Shown: in pieces, positions 21,596-36,600 of the stretch
Numbering within the stretch: position 1 is the first letter of the stretch
How the letters are laid out: each line of letters opens with the position of its first letter
NCBI RefSeq assembly: GCF_037042905.1
Contig: NC_087251.1
Coordinates: 35,280,001-35,344,000 of the forward strand
Origin: Lytechinus pictus
Lineage: Eukaryota
DNA length: 64,000 nucleotides
Reading direction: 5' to 3'
Translations under genes and position numbers: made by a program
The notes under the pieces: model-generated
The model's input: the letters and a program-made list of their open reading frames with translations, nothing else
What the model was told of the DNA's origin: nothing
Databases searched by the model: none

Positions 21596-24500
21596 GTATG
21601 TATAACACTTTACTCAAGAAGTTCATTGAATGAGTGCCTGTCACGAAGTCCTGTTTGTTGTTAACTATTCTTTATTGCTAATTAATTTCGATTGGTCAAT
21701 AATTCTCAAAAAGGAAATCACCCTTTGACATAATGGATTATTTCATTCCATGATGTATTTTCGTATATTGTCTTCGTATTCACAGTAGGCCTAACTTATG
21801 GAAATGGTTGCTTGTAATCAGATGTGATTCGCAGCCCAACGTATATGGGTTAAAACACTCTTTAAAAGGTGTGCTCAAATTGATCATAAAGTGCGTTCGA
21901 ATGGTTTAAAGGCAAAAGTAAGTAGGCGAAATTTATCTGGTATTTTTTGATCTTATGAGAAAAAGATAATGATAATAATGACGATGATACTGCACATGAT
22001 AGTAATTCCAGCTTAATTAGCTTGCCTTCCAGTTGGCCCTGCATAATGTGCCGGACGCGTTGGCTAGATTGGGAATGGCTCGTCCTAGGATCGAATCCAC
22101 AACCTTCCGTTCGTGAGACGGGCGCTCTACCACTAAGCCACTATGCCCTTAATACCAGCATGCCCCAACAATCTTTAACCGTGACCCTCAGATTTTAAAC
22201 ATCTTTTGTTAATAGATGGGATACGTGGCATTTACCATCTTCTTGTTGGGGACCTTCTGGGTGACGGAGGTGATACCTTTACCAGTCACGGCACTCATCC
22301 CGATAGTTCTCTTCCCTCTCTTTGGTGTCCGGGACACCCCCACCGTAATAGAGCAATATTTCAAGAATGTCACCTACCTGCTTTTTGGGGGTCTGATCCT
22401 CGCCGCTGCCATCGAGCATCAGAACCTTCATCGTCGCTTCGCTCTTCGGGTATTGCTCCTGTTCGGAACGGATCCAAAGAAGTAAGGACTGGGTCTATCT
22501 TGGTCGCTAGAGCCTGAGAAAATTGTGGTTTAATGGATTTAATGGCTTCGAATGTCATTTCTTAGAAGTTTAGGGTGTCATGAAAACATAAAAAAAAATC
22601 ATTTGGAATGGTCTTATTCCTTGTTTTTTCCCATTTTCCTTCTTAGTGTTTTCTCCATCATTACAATCATCATCAATAACAACTTCATCATCCTCATCAT
22701 GATCATCATCATCCTCACCATCATTGTCAGTCATCACCATTATCATAATCATCCTCATCATCACCATCGTTATGAATATTATCTCTATTATGATAATATG
22801 TTGATGCAATAATGCAATTATTATTGCAATAATGATTATAATAAATTTGTTATCATTATAATCATTACTATAGTTATTGTGATCAAACCTATTATTATCG
22901 TTGTTGTTGTTCTCCCTTTCCTCCTTCGTATTATTATCATCATTATCATTATCATTATCATTACCGAAAACTTTCATCTGTTTGGGATGATCAAATAAAA
23001 TAATGTTTAAACTTCTACCAACTTTAACAATATTTTTGGCGAGCTTCCATCCACTCCTGTAGACTTTCTCAAGCTATATCATCAGTCACACACAATGTAA
23101 CCTGAGGTCTGTAACTCTCGTGTCTCTTGATCACTGGACCAAAGATGGTTGACAATAGATACCCAGCGTCTCTAGCTCTATTAAGTACTGGGTTGATCTA
23201 TAAGAAAGAGCCCTTAGACTGAACAATCCATCAAATTCAGCTGTAGTAAAACACGCCCTTAATACACGACATTTGCTCCTGCGACAATTGCTCCCGTCTA
23301 AATTTTACACACTAATCGAATGACCAACTTCCATTCTTATTTTAAAACTATGGCCTATACGTTGAGTCGGAAATGGGGGTTCCCATGCACCACATTTTTA
23401 ACCAACTTGTTTGTATTGCCTGAAGTGTCATCTAGTTAGTGAATCTTGATGTTCCATTTGCCAAATCGTGTCCCATGGGGTTCAAATTTGGCACTTTAGC
23501 GGCCATGTTGGATTTTTCATGAAGATCGATTATTTTCATTTTTTCAACAAACAGTGGGAAAATCTTAAATGAGTACGCTTTTTACTATGATTTAGATAGT
23601 AGAAATCGATTGCAATAGTTTTCTAGACAGACCCGGTTAATATTTTTTGAAAAAATAGAATTTATGCCAATATTTTCATGTTTTTCGTAAAAAAATTACA
23701 TGTGCATTGATATCTTTTATGTTCTATCATAACCACCGACAACTAATGCAAAATATCAGCATTCGACACGATAGATGGAAGTCTACTCTCCCGTCTACAA
23801 GTAGTTTCAAAGAAGAAAAGTGTGTTTACTGCAAAATGAAACGTATTTTGCCTTGATGGGGCTCCAAAATGGCGAATGTTCCAAGAAATGGGCAACATAC
23901 AAAAAAGGAGTGGTGTGACTTCGGCAGCCCCCTGAGGGATAGGTTTTGCTGTGTCAACACTTCTTTATATGTAGCTGATAGAGAAAAGTCTACTCTTTCG
24001 TCTCCAAGTGATTTCAAGAAAATAAAAGTGGTTTTTCTTCAAAGCCGTAAACAGTAACACCAATTTGCCACATTGGCGGCTCCAAAAAGCACAATATTTT
24101 AATAGTCAATCTACGGGTAAGCTTGGGGTACCTTCGACAGGCCCTTGCGGGACTATGCTTTAAGGTGCCCGAACGTAATTGCATGCAACATGCAGAGCAA
24201 TGCCTCCTCTAACTTTTCCAAGAGGTTTCATTAACATAGTGGGTTGCTTTAACATTTAGAAAACGCCTTTTGCCCTCATACCCATCAAAGTTATATATAC
24301 CTTCCCATCGCTACGCACGTTACATGCATTTCTGCGCGTTAGTCACACCAACAAAGGCGTGCCGACCGATTTAGTCTATAACTCTACTCTCTTGAAAGGA
24401 ATGCCAGCGATCGCATTGTAGCCAGTATCATTGGTGTGACAAGGGAACGAAGGTTGGTTTTTTGGTGTCATTTTATCGCAATATCGAGTAATACATATGG

Positions 24501-27500
24501 AAGCATTTGCCTTTTATCTAAGCAAATTAAGACATTAATACTCTCATGGAGCATATCAATATATATATCCTCTTTCATGTCGAATGCTGATATTTTGCAC
24601 TAGTTGTTGATGTTTATTATAAAACATAAAGATGTTATGCACATACAAATTTTTGACCAAAAACATGAAAATTTTGGCATAAATATTGATCATTTTGTTC
24701 AAAAAAATATTAATCGGATTGTGTAGAAAACGATCGCAATCGATTTCTTCTATCTAAATCATAGTGAAAAGCGTATTCATTTAAGATTTTCCCATAGTCT
24801 GTGGAAAAAATGGAAATTTTGATTTTCATGAAAATTCCAAGATGTCCGCCAAAATTGCAAATTTTGAACCCCATGGAACACGATTTGGCAAAGGAAACAT
24901 CAAGATTCACTTGTTAGACACTTCAGGCAATACAAAAAAGTTGGTAAAAAAATATGGTGCATGCATGGGAACCCCCATTTCCGACTAGACCATACCCTAA
25001 ACCTAACATAAAACCCGCTTGCAACCCTGACCCTAACCCTACCCCTACAATATTGCTCTGGAAAGGAAATATGGGCTGAAAATGGGGGTCTAGACCGCGG
25101 CACATACGTGTCTTACATTTATACTAAGTAGTCCCCCCCCCCTGAATTAATCCCGGAGCAATTGTCGCAGGAGCAAATGTCGTTTCACCCTTAATAGAGA
25201 CTCTGGATCTCCAGACAAGTTCAATGGAGTTTTCAGGATATCGATAGGTTTATTTCGTCAGGTTTAACCACTGTTCATCAACGAGCGACCGTTCAAAACT
25301 TGATTTTTTTTGGGAAAATGCACACAAACCACTTTAACTTAATTTTGATGACCATGACCTAATTTCATGCATATTAAATATGGTGCGACCTAATGGTCAG
25401 GATGGATTTATCGCGAAAAATATCAGGGGGCTATCACCCAGCCCCCCCCCCCCCTAGTTCCACCGGAGTATTAGAGTTAACGATGACCAATGCCGATTTA
25501 TCTAGGTCTACTCACAGGTCAGGCCTTATGTTCATTCCTATGTTATTCAGGAACACATTAATCAATCATACCACAAACCTACAGTATTTCTATGTTTTCT
25601 CTGTGGTAAGGATCTCCCAAAAAGCCCCTTATAAAAACTATTTATATAGTACAAATCAATTCCCCATGGGCACAGTCACAATCATATTCCGGACGACGCG
25701 ACGAGTCGAAAACAGCCGTTTTAACAATTTTTTTTGTACCAGCTACATTATAGGTGGTTTGAATAAAAAAATCGACCCACCGTACGGCCGCCGTAGGGGA
25801 AATGTGACCATAGGCGGGAGGGGGGTTGCTGTCCCCCTAAATTTTTGGTGAGGGGGACGGACCCCCCTAAAACTTATGTTGATAACCTTTTTTTTGCTTG
25901 TAAATTTTGTTTCCTGCGTCCCCCCTAAAATTTTGGTTGATAAGCTTTTTTTTTTGCTTGTTCAATTTTTTACCTGTTCCATCCCCAAATTTCAGATGGA
26001 CCCCCCTAAATTGTTTGGCTTCCGCCGCCAATTAATGAGACTGCAGCATATACCCCGTCATATTTTTGTTAATTTGTTAAGATCATTAGTACGTAGTCAT
26101 AGCCGCGAACCAAGAACCAGGCAGAGATTTTGACGCCTCGAGAGTGTGGCTTCATAAATCTCTGTCGTGTCAAATCCTGAAAATTAGATTGAATGATGGG
26201 AGAGGTATATACAGTCTGTTACAATATAATTATCGTGAAACATTTTGGCAAACTGTGAAACACTTGAAACAATTATAACCTGTAGACTATATCAGTATTA
26301 TTAGTATATAAATGGGAATGCATGTATGTCTCGCAATTCTATGAAATTGTTCTTTTAATCTTCAACCGGATCCCGACTATTACTTCGTTTTTTGATGTCC
26401 TAATTCAGGTTGTTACTAGGGTTCATGAGTGGTACAGCCTTTCTGTCTTCGTGGATGAGTAATACAGCCGTGACAGCCATGATGCTTCCCATTGCTCGAG
26501 CCGTGCTCGACGAGATCAGAAAACAGGACAACGACGACGAGCATGAGATGGAGTGCGACCTCGGAGAAGACAGACAATACAAGGTGTTGCTTCAATATCA
26601 ATGTGCAGTTATAATTCAAATGCGATTTAACCAATATTTGGATGATTTGTTTACGTAATCAAATAAAATGACGGCACATCTTTCTGCTATGATTTATTTT
26701 TATTAATTTATTTTGTCCATTCATTCTCGAATATTTAAACAGGATGGCCTGATCAGCATAAAAACCATATTATTAAAAAACATAGTAACAGGACATTAAG
26801 AGGCAACCAGTAACTTTGAGAAGATGATGGACAAGGAGGTGAAGACACTAGTCGATAGTGTCAAGAAAGTGGAGAGGGCCCTTGAGTTTGAGGGGTTTCG
26901 CATAAATGACTTGGAAAAGAAAAATGTAGAACTAGAGAGTCGCCTGGAGAAGATGGCGAAAGCATATGAAACTTTAGTTCATAAGGATCGATCTAGAGAT
27001 AGTGAAAATAACAAGGCAGATCGTCTTTCACGAAAAAAATAACTTTCGAGTTGTGGGAGTTGAGGAAGCAAAAGATGAAGAGGATTGCCTGAAACTCGTA
27101 GAGGACATGCTGAAAACAAAATTCCATATGGCAGTCAAGGTGGAGAAAGCCATCAGGACTGGTAAAAGGGGAGATAAGCCACGCCAAATCATTGTGAAAA
27201 CACATGCCTACGACGATAAGGTTAACATACTAAAGAAATCAAGATAAGCTCTTAAAACAGAGAAATATTACTTGACAAACGATCTCACTAGGATGGACTT
27301 AGAGGTGAAAAGAAAGCACCGAAAAGAGGTGGAGGAGTTGTATCAGAAGGGGACAAAACTGCGTTTCTATGCTGGGCAGTGGAGAAACGAGAAAGGAGTT
27401 CCTTACTTTACTTCTTAAGTCACCACATGTAGTGCAGCTTTAAACCTTTAGTTATGCCTGTTCTGAATAATTTTGCCTTGGACGTGTTGGAGAGGATGAT

Positions 27501-27650
27501 TTATTTACCCATGGGACTAAAACCACACAGCAGATTTTGAGCCCATTATCATCTTCTAAGAAAAACCAGCAAAAGAAATGAACCATTGTGCTGATCAGAG
27601 AAACTCTCCAACCCCCTCTCTCCAACTCCCCCTCTCTCTCCCTCCCTCCC

Positions 27651-27682
<32 letters not shown>

Positions 27683-30600
27683 TACAGCTTTATTGATACT
27701 TGTCACAGGAGAGGTTGCCGTGATCTTCCTCTTTTTCATTTATTTTTTTCCTGTAGTAACTGAACTTTGTTGCAGGAGTGGGCATGGCCTCGTGTCTATT
27801 ATTTGCCATGTTCTTCACTCTAAACTTAGTTGTATATATGTTAATAAGTAGACAGTTTTTCTTGTTTTCCATTTATGTCTTTTGTTATATCATGTCTGTA
27901 CTTGATTTCATTAGCATTGCTAAGCCTATTCAGTGTGAGGTGTTTACTACTATTTTCATGTTTAAATGATGTTGGATGATTATCATTTACAGCAAGATAT
28001 TGACTGTAGGTACTACATTCCGAATGAGTTTAACCCACCTGCTGGGAAGCAACAATCTCATTACTTAAGCTTCTTGCACTGCAATGCAAGAAGTCTGTCT
28101 AAAAGTTTTGAAAACCTAAATATGTTGCTATCATCTCTAAACTTTAATTGCTCTATAATAGGTGTTACCGAGACGTGGTTGAGTGATCAATCACCTCCAT
28201 TATTTCTGATTGATGGTTACCAGATAGTAAGGAAAGATATATCAATTGGCCGTGGTGGGGGTGTTCTCTTCTATGTGTCTAACAAGATCTCTTTTAAACT
28301 CAGGGAAGATCTTTCCCTCCAAAATCAAAGTGCTGAAATTTTGTGTATTGAAATAGACTTACCCTCTGATAAAAACATGATTGTATGTATAGTGTATAGA
28401 CCCCCTCAAGCTGACATTGATAATTTTCTCACAGGTATTGAGTTATTATTGACTGATATAAATGCATCTGATAAATCAGCTCTATGTGCAATGATTAATA
28501 AGCCAACAAGAATAACTGACAGGTCATCAACACTTCTTGATAACATTTTTGTGAAAACTACCAAAGGTTATTCCCAATCAGGTTTATTTTTTAGTGAGAT
28601 TTCTGATCATCTTCCAATCTTCTGCATGCTTTATGATATTCATTCCAACAAATGCAATAAGGCTAAAGTTATACTAAAGCGCAGAATTACTGAAAGCAAT
28701 ATTTCTAGCTTGAGGGATGCTTGTCAGGAAGAGAGTTGGTCGGATGTATTGGAATGTCATGATGTTGAACAGGCTTATGAATCATTTAGTAAAACTTTTC
28801 ATCACCATTTGGATGAGACTATTCCACTTGTTAGAATAAATAATAGAAGTACAGGTAAACGGCCATGGATTACAAAAGGTATACTACAATCAATCAAAAG
28901 AAGAAATGTCTTATACAAAAAGAGTGTAAAGAAACCTTCACAAGAGCACGTTGAAAAATACAAAAAAAATATCGAAATAAGCTGACTTCTATTATCCGGT
29001 CATCACGGAGTTTGCACTATTCTAGACAGTTTGAGAATGCTCGAGGTAACATGCCCTTGACATGGAATGTTGTTAGAGATATATTATGTAAGAAAAATAA
29101 GTCAGAACCTGCCCAAAAATTTGTCCATAAGGATAAAGAGCTTACTTCTGATAATGACATTGCAAATGAATTTAACAGCTACTTTGTGAACATTGGGCCT
29201 GACCAAGCGAAGAAAATAACTCCCGTAGAAGTTAATTACAAAGAATATTTACAAGACAGGTCCGAATCATCTATATTCCTTAAGCCAGCTGATCATCTTG
29301 AGATATTAAACATTGTTAAGTCTCTTAAAAATAGTAGGTCATCTGGGCATGATGAAATAAGTTCAGCATTGTTAAAACAAATAATTGGCTCAGTCCTTAC
29401 TCCTTTACTACATATCTGTAATCTGTCCATTTCAACTGGTGTATTCCCTTCCTCTCTTAAACTAGCCAAGGTTATTCCTGTTCATAAAAGGGAAAGCATG
29501 ACCGTTATAAGTAATTATAGACCAATCTCAATTTTGCCTAGTTGCTCAAAAATACTAGAAAGAATTGTTTATAACATATTGATTGCCTTTCTTGACAAAA
29601 GCCACCTTCTTAATCCCAACCAATTTGGATTTCGCAGGTCTCACTCAACGGACCTTGCGTTGTTGAAATTTTATGATTATGTATCTAGTTCTCTGGCTAA
29701 TCGTGAGCACGTTATTGGTGTATTTATGGACCTGAGCAAGGCATTTGACACCCTTGACCACTCAATACTGCTTTATAAACTCCAACATTATGGAGTAAGG
29801 GGCGTTGCCCTAAATTGGTTTACTAGTTATCTTTCAAATAGAAGACAATACACATGCTATAACTATTCTAATTCTGGTATATCAGTTATGAGGTGCGGTG
29901 TACCGCAAGGTTCTATATTGGGTCCATTATTATTTCTGATTTATATTAATGATATTTGTTTGGTATCAAACACATTGAATTATATATTATTTGCTGATGA
30001 CACAAGTGTTTTCCTATCACACCGTGATATTGATATCTTAGAAAACACCATTAATGTCGAACTTCCGAAACTATCTAATTGGTTTAGAAGTAATATGTTA
30101 TCACTGAATGTAAAAAAGACTAATTATATACACTTCAAAGGCAGGAAGTCCTGTCCTGACCATGATTTAAGATTGAACCTTGACAATGCTTTGCTTGAAA
30201 GACAGACATCTACGAGGTTCCTTGGGGTCTATATCAATGATCAACTTAACTGGAATGATCACATGAAACACATCAGTAAACCAATTTCTCGAAATATAGG
30301 TATACTGTATAAAGTTAAGTACCTAGTACCTTATAAAATACTTTACATGTTGTACAATACTCTTATTCTACCTTATGTGTCATATTGCAATATTCTATGG
30401 GCAACATCAACGAGTGTCACAAACCCAATTCTTCTGTTGCAAAAGAAAGCAATTCGTATTTGTGCTGGAGTTGGTTACCGTAATCATACACGCCCTCTCT
30501 TTATAAAGCTGCAATGTCTTACTGTTGATGATGTCCATTTTCTTCAAACTTCCCTTTTTATGTATCGGTTTAATGCCAAAATGTTATCTACCTGCTTTTC

Positions 30601-33600
30601 CAATATGTTTCAACAAAATAGTGCTATCCATACCTACCACACAAGACAAGCATCTAATATGCATTTGTATAACCCTCGCACACTGTTGGCTCACAAATCT
30701 ATCAGACATTATGGACCTGATGTTTGGAATTCGATACCTACTAGTACTAGGAATATATTATCAGTGCATTCCTTCAAAAGTGCGGTAAAACGCATACTTG
30801 TCTCTAAGATGTAATTTTGTTGTACTGTACATTTTAAACTTAAATATTGATATAATTTCAATTATTATTACGCCTCACACACTCCTTGTAAATATTTGTA
30901 AATAGTTGTGGAACATAATAATTTGTTATTTGGTTTCTTTGTTTGTTTGTTAGTTTTTTTTTTCTTTCCCCTCTTTGTGTAATCGTTAGTTTGGACTTTT
31001 CAGTATTGTTTTTATATTTATGTATGTATTTCATATATCCAAAGGTCTGACAACAGCTCAAGCATCTGCTTATTTTGTCATACCACTACATGTCTGCAAC
31101 CTTGTTATAATCAGTTATGTTAATGTTATGTTAATCATCATAAGTATACATTAGTATTATGTAAAATTTAATGTAATCAATTTTGTGATGGTCACACTAT
31201 GTACATTGTCATGACATGCAGAAATAAATAAATAAATAAATAAATAAATTATGAGATACAGAAAAAAAAACAGAACAAATAAAAAGTAAAATTACGAGAA
31301 TATGTTACGAGAAACAAATGGCAAGAAACAAAATATAAATATGCAAAATACAAACATTAAAAGCTGGTCTTCCTCAGGGCTCTGTCATTATTATAAAAAA
31401 AAAAGATTTAAAAAAGACGAAATGATTATTAAAACATAAGGCAATGTATTACACAGTACTAATAAATTTATTAATTTGGGAATAAAAAATAAGCAGAAGA
31501 CATACCGCATTTCATGTTCTGAAGGAATGACCATTCGTTTTCTTTCTTTCACTACCTTTTCATTTTCATATTTTTGGTTTCATTCTCTACCATCTTTGAT
31601 TGTGACTATAGCCCAGCAGCCAAACTATTTTGCCTCGTGAAAGAGAAATGAAAGGAATTGGCCCTGAATTACTGAGGTGAGTGTCCTCATTTGTATACAT
31701 GTACATCTGTTAATCGCTGTTGAGGATATTATCCATGAGGTTGGATTCTTGTAGGATATTTTGATGGAATGTCATTTATGATAGATATTATGATTGTTAT
31801 AATTACAAGGGACTGATTAAACAAAATATTAAATGACAAAGATATATTTATATTAAATAAGCATCAATTTAATCGTCATTCATTCATTCATCCATTTATT
31901 TGTGTTTTATTTGTTCCAAATGTTTTACCAGTTTTTTGATATATTATTGATATATTAAATTGTTCATATGATTTATGATTCCTATATGTTTGTTATTGAT
32001 ATATAGTTTTATTTAGACTGTACATGTAGTTTAATTTATAGGGTATGTGTATCTTCATTACGAGTTAAAATCTTATACAAACTTAGGAGGAAGGGTTAAC
32101 AAAAGAAGAAGAAGTGCAAGAAGAAGAAGAAAAAGAGAAAGAAGATGAGAAGGAAAAGGAGGAGAAGTGGGAATATCACCCACCCATTCTCTTTGTTTTT
32201 ATTACCACGTTTTTTATTCATGGTTATTAGCAGTGTAGGCCTAATGGTCTACAGTGTTTTTTTTTTCAATTGGTGCACATTTTTTTTGAATAATTTTGCT
32301 CAAGGCCCATGATAAGCATTAGTCTGATTTTAAAGTAATTTCTCATTTCTCTTTTTAAGAACGGAAACTTAACCAACGAGACCATATGCTTTCATTTTAT
32401 TATTTATTATTTCCTGTTTGTAATACAGGGAAGAGATCGAATCGATTGACGATCTTCCACCAAGCTCGTCCTCGTTTGATCAAGACAGGCGCCACCTACG
32501 TCTACGCAAAGCTATTTTTCTTTGCATTCCCTATGCTGCCAATGTGGGTGGGACTGGATCTTTAGTTGGTACCTCGGCGAATGTGCTCTGTGTTGCTGTC
32601 GTTGAAAGGTGAAAATTGAAATTTTACTCGTCCTCTGTGACCTTTATAAATAGGTTTTGTGTCTATCGGCCAGTGAGACCTGCTTTATTTTTTTCACATA
32701 TGCACAACACAGTGATATTCAATGATATGAAAAAAAATGACACATTTCACATTTCTTATAACAATCTAAAAGATATTGAGAGGGTGGCGTCACCGGTTCC
32801 CTCATCGGAATAAAGACCATGGATATATTACTGCTTTGCAAAATCAAGCGAACTTCTGAAATTAGAATCGGAGAAATATACAGTTTTATTTTACATCCTA
32901 TTACTACTGAAATTTATACTCGTTTGATTTTTAAACTATTTTTAATCAAATCGAATTGTTAGGGTGGAATTGCCCTTCAAATGGATTTCATGACGCTTAC
33001 TCCGGCCATAACTGTTACCCCCCCCCCCCCCCTGAACTAGGAGAATCTGTTTAACGCATGAGTAGGCCTAAAGTGCCAAGTTACACAAAAAATAATATGA
33101 AAGTTAAACATAGTAAATAATGTAGGATTTGTATAGCGCAATTATCCACCTTGTTAAGTGTTCAAGGCGCTCATATATTAACCCGGCTAAGCTTGTCTAC
33201 CGATTCCGGTGCTCACAGCTTTTTGAGGAATTACTTCCTGCCGGTACCCATTTACCTCGCCTGGGTTGAGTGCTGCACGATGTGGGTAATGTTCTTGCTG
33301 AAGTGAAACACACGGCCATGGCTGGGAATCGAACACAACTCCAATCAGATTGAGAGACGAGAGTGTTAACCACTGTCTACCATGACGTCCCCATGTTAAA
33401 CGTGTTAAAGAAAATAATGTAGGCCTTCATCGATTATCGAGGATGTGACTAACTCAAGTCTTACCGAGTAGCCTTTTGTTGCGTGAATTGTTCTTGCCGT
33501 TGAAGGGTTGCGTGGTCTATTGGTTAGATCATTGGACTCATGATTGAAAGTTCGTGAGTGCATGTGAATCTCAGCTCAGACATTATATGTCATCTGTAAA

Positions 33601-36600
33601 GTACGTTTGCCACTGTGACTGATTAACCTAGACATTTCTTGTGTAATAAATCACATACAAGCTTGGCGTAATCAGTGGCGTAACAGGCGGGGGGGGGGGG
33701 GCAGGGGGGGCAAGCTGCCCCCTGGCGGATTTCATCGGGAAAATAAAAAACGAGGGAAAAAAGGGAGGGAGAAAGAAAGAAAGGGAAAGGGGAGGAAAGG
33801 GGAAAAGGAAAGGAAAAGGGAAAAGTGAACAGAAAACGGATATTTTTTTTTTGGAAAAGGAAAATAGTGGGAAAAGGTACGAAAGAAGAACATTTGACAA
33901 AGAACAAATCATTCCGCAATAGGCTTATGCATAAGCAATAGCATGATGGGAAATAAATTAAAAGATGAAAAAATTGCAAACAATCGCGGTAAACGATGGT
34001 AAAATGGAATTAGCCAAAAGTTAAATTAGAAAGCAAAAAAAAAAGGGACAAGACAAAAAAAAATTACACGACCGGGCTGCCGAGGACTGAAAATAAAGAG
34101 CGGGAAGAAAGATAGATTGCATACAACATTGAATAAGCTAGCTAAATTTTATGCAAATAAGCTACCAGGGCTATGCCCCGGACCCCACGCAGTAGGTGCT
34201 CTTCATCTATAACCATCAAATGGCTCTATAACGCCCCCGTTCAATCGCGTTCAATCACTGGCGTAAAAGCGGGGGGGGGGGGAATAAAAGAAATTACAGG
34301 AGACAACGTATAATAGTAGAGCGGATAAGCCGACTAATTGTGCAAATTATGACTAAAGCATTAAACTTTCAAAAGTATTAGTATATGCCGTAAGATTTAT
34401 TTTAAAGATGGGAGGTAAATTTATAAATGCCATTTTCGGCCGTTGCCATGGCAACGGATTAATATCTCCAAAATAACATACATTCCCATGTAAATGGTAA
34501 ATAAACATGATATAGATGACCAAAATGATAATTTTCAGGCTCCCAATTGAATACATATGAAATTTAGAAATATTCAAGATTATCAAGACAGTCTCAATTG
34601 GTCCGTTGCCATGGCAAGGGCTTGTTTTTCCCCAGAAAAATAAAAATTTTGATTAAAAAAAGTTGTAGAATATGATTTATCTTTAATTTCCTCTAATTTT
34701 ACAGTGCTTAACAAAGATATTTTGGTTGCTAAATGTGTAAATTACATCTCAAGCCATTGCCATGGCAACCAAATAACATCTAATTTACAAAAATAACATG
34801 GTTGACAAGACAATGGACAGGTGGAAAATACAAGTGGAATTGACTTAATCTGTCTGCTTAAGTTTTGACCCCCTCATTTGAACAAAAAATACATAAAGTG
34901 TTCTGCAGGAGTTCTTTATAACGATAAAGAATGATGTTGCCCTGGTAAAGCTTGAATTAAATTTAAAAAAAAAACAATTTTGCAAAGGGCCCGTTGCCAT
35001 GGCAACAGCTTATTTCCCTCTAGAAAGGTAAAAAATATTGATAAAAATGTAGAATACATGTATTATCATCATTCAATTTTCCCTAATTTTAAGGTAGTAA
35101 TCGAGATAATAATGTTTGTGACTGAATTTATAAATATAACATCTTAAGCCATTGCCATGGCAACCAAATAACATATAATTTACAAAAAATAACATGGTTG
35201 ACAAGGTTATGGACAGGTGAACAATACAATGAAAATTAACATGTACATGCGTAAGGTTTGACCTACTCAATTAATTTAGGGGAAAATAATACAGTGAGTG
35301 TTCTGCATGAACTAATTAGAATGATAAACATTGATGTTGCCTTGGTAATACTTGAATTCAACGATAAATATCAATGTTCCAAATCTTATTTTTCTTTCAT
35401 TTCCCTTAATTTTAGGGTAAGAATGGATATGTTTGCTGTTAACATGCAAATAACATCTAAATCCATTGTCATGGTAACCAAATAACATCTAATTTGAAAA
35501 AAAAAATAACATGGTTGACATGATAATGGACAGGTGGAAATGCAATTAATAACAAATGGAAACAATGAAACGTGAAATGTGTTATTTGCTGAATATAATG
35601 GTAAAATCTATCACATATTAATTAGAATTTAATTTCGATAGGCAATTTTTTTCCAGCTCGCTTTGCACAATGGCGACTTTTTAAATAATGATAAATAAAA
35701 AGAGTAGAACCAACATGCAGTGGATGTAGGATGTAAATTTTCCCACATTGCTATGTTTTGCCCCTCAAATATATTTGGTTCATTACGCATCTGGGTTGAA
35801 TAAATTTGTTGTGTAAAAGCTATATTCTGTATACATGTATACCAGCGATTTGATTAAAATAGCGGCAATCTGCGAGGTTTAAATGGCTTTGATATCAAGA
35901 AGTTCCGGGGGCTCCGCCCCGGACCCCAAACGCACAGCACTGCCGTGTATGAGTATGGAAGGATTGGGCCATTGGCCCCCAAACGTTCTACAAACAAGAT
36001 CCCCCCCAGAAAAAAAAGGAGGAAAGAAAAGCAAAGGAAAAGTGTAGGATATCATTTTATTTACTGAATATAATTTCAAAAATATCTCAAAGTTAGATTC
36101 TCATGAAAGGTAATTTTTTTTTCTCGCTCGCTTCGCTCGCTCGGAACTTATATTAAGCAGCTTTTTAGCAAATGTGTGATACTGCGCCCCTCGTTTTTGT
36201 CTCACCTGCATAGCAGAGTGAGACTATATATATAGGCGCCGCTTTTCCGACGGCGGCGGCGGCGTCAACACCAAATCTTAACCTAAGGTTAAGTTTTTGA
36301 AATGACAGCATAACTTAGAAAATATATGGACCTAGTTCATGAAACTTGGAAATAAGGCTAATCAAGTATCACTGAACATCCTGTGCGCATTTAAGGTCAC
36401 ATGACCGAGGTCAAAAGGTCAATGAACTTTGGCCATAATGGGGTATCTGTTGAATTACCATCATAACTTTGAAAGTTTATGGATCTGATTCATGAAACTT
36501 GGACATAAGAGTAATCAAGTATCTTTGTACATCCCGTCCGAGTTTCAGGTCACATGACCAAGGTTAAAGGTCATTTAAGGTCAATGAATTTTGGCCATGT

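Larger units (their letters stand above)
26765..31248 (+). mobile_element. Non-LTR retrotransposon, CR1/L2 group (Crack-like), 5'-truncated, in intron 3 of paralog B
   Basis: ORF1 remnant, about 550-bp spacer, APE endonuclease plus RT ORF2, 3' UTR and (TAAA)n tail at 31222-31248. Confidence 0.9.

Noticed and set aside
22552..22977. His/Ile/Asn-rich ORFs on both strands (also 53555-53770)
   Set aside because: Trinucleotide low-complexity DNA
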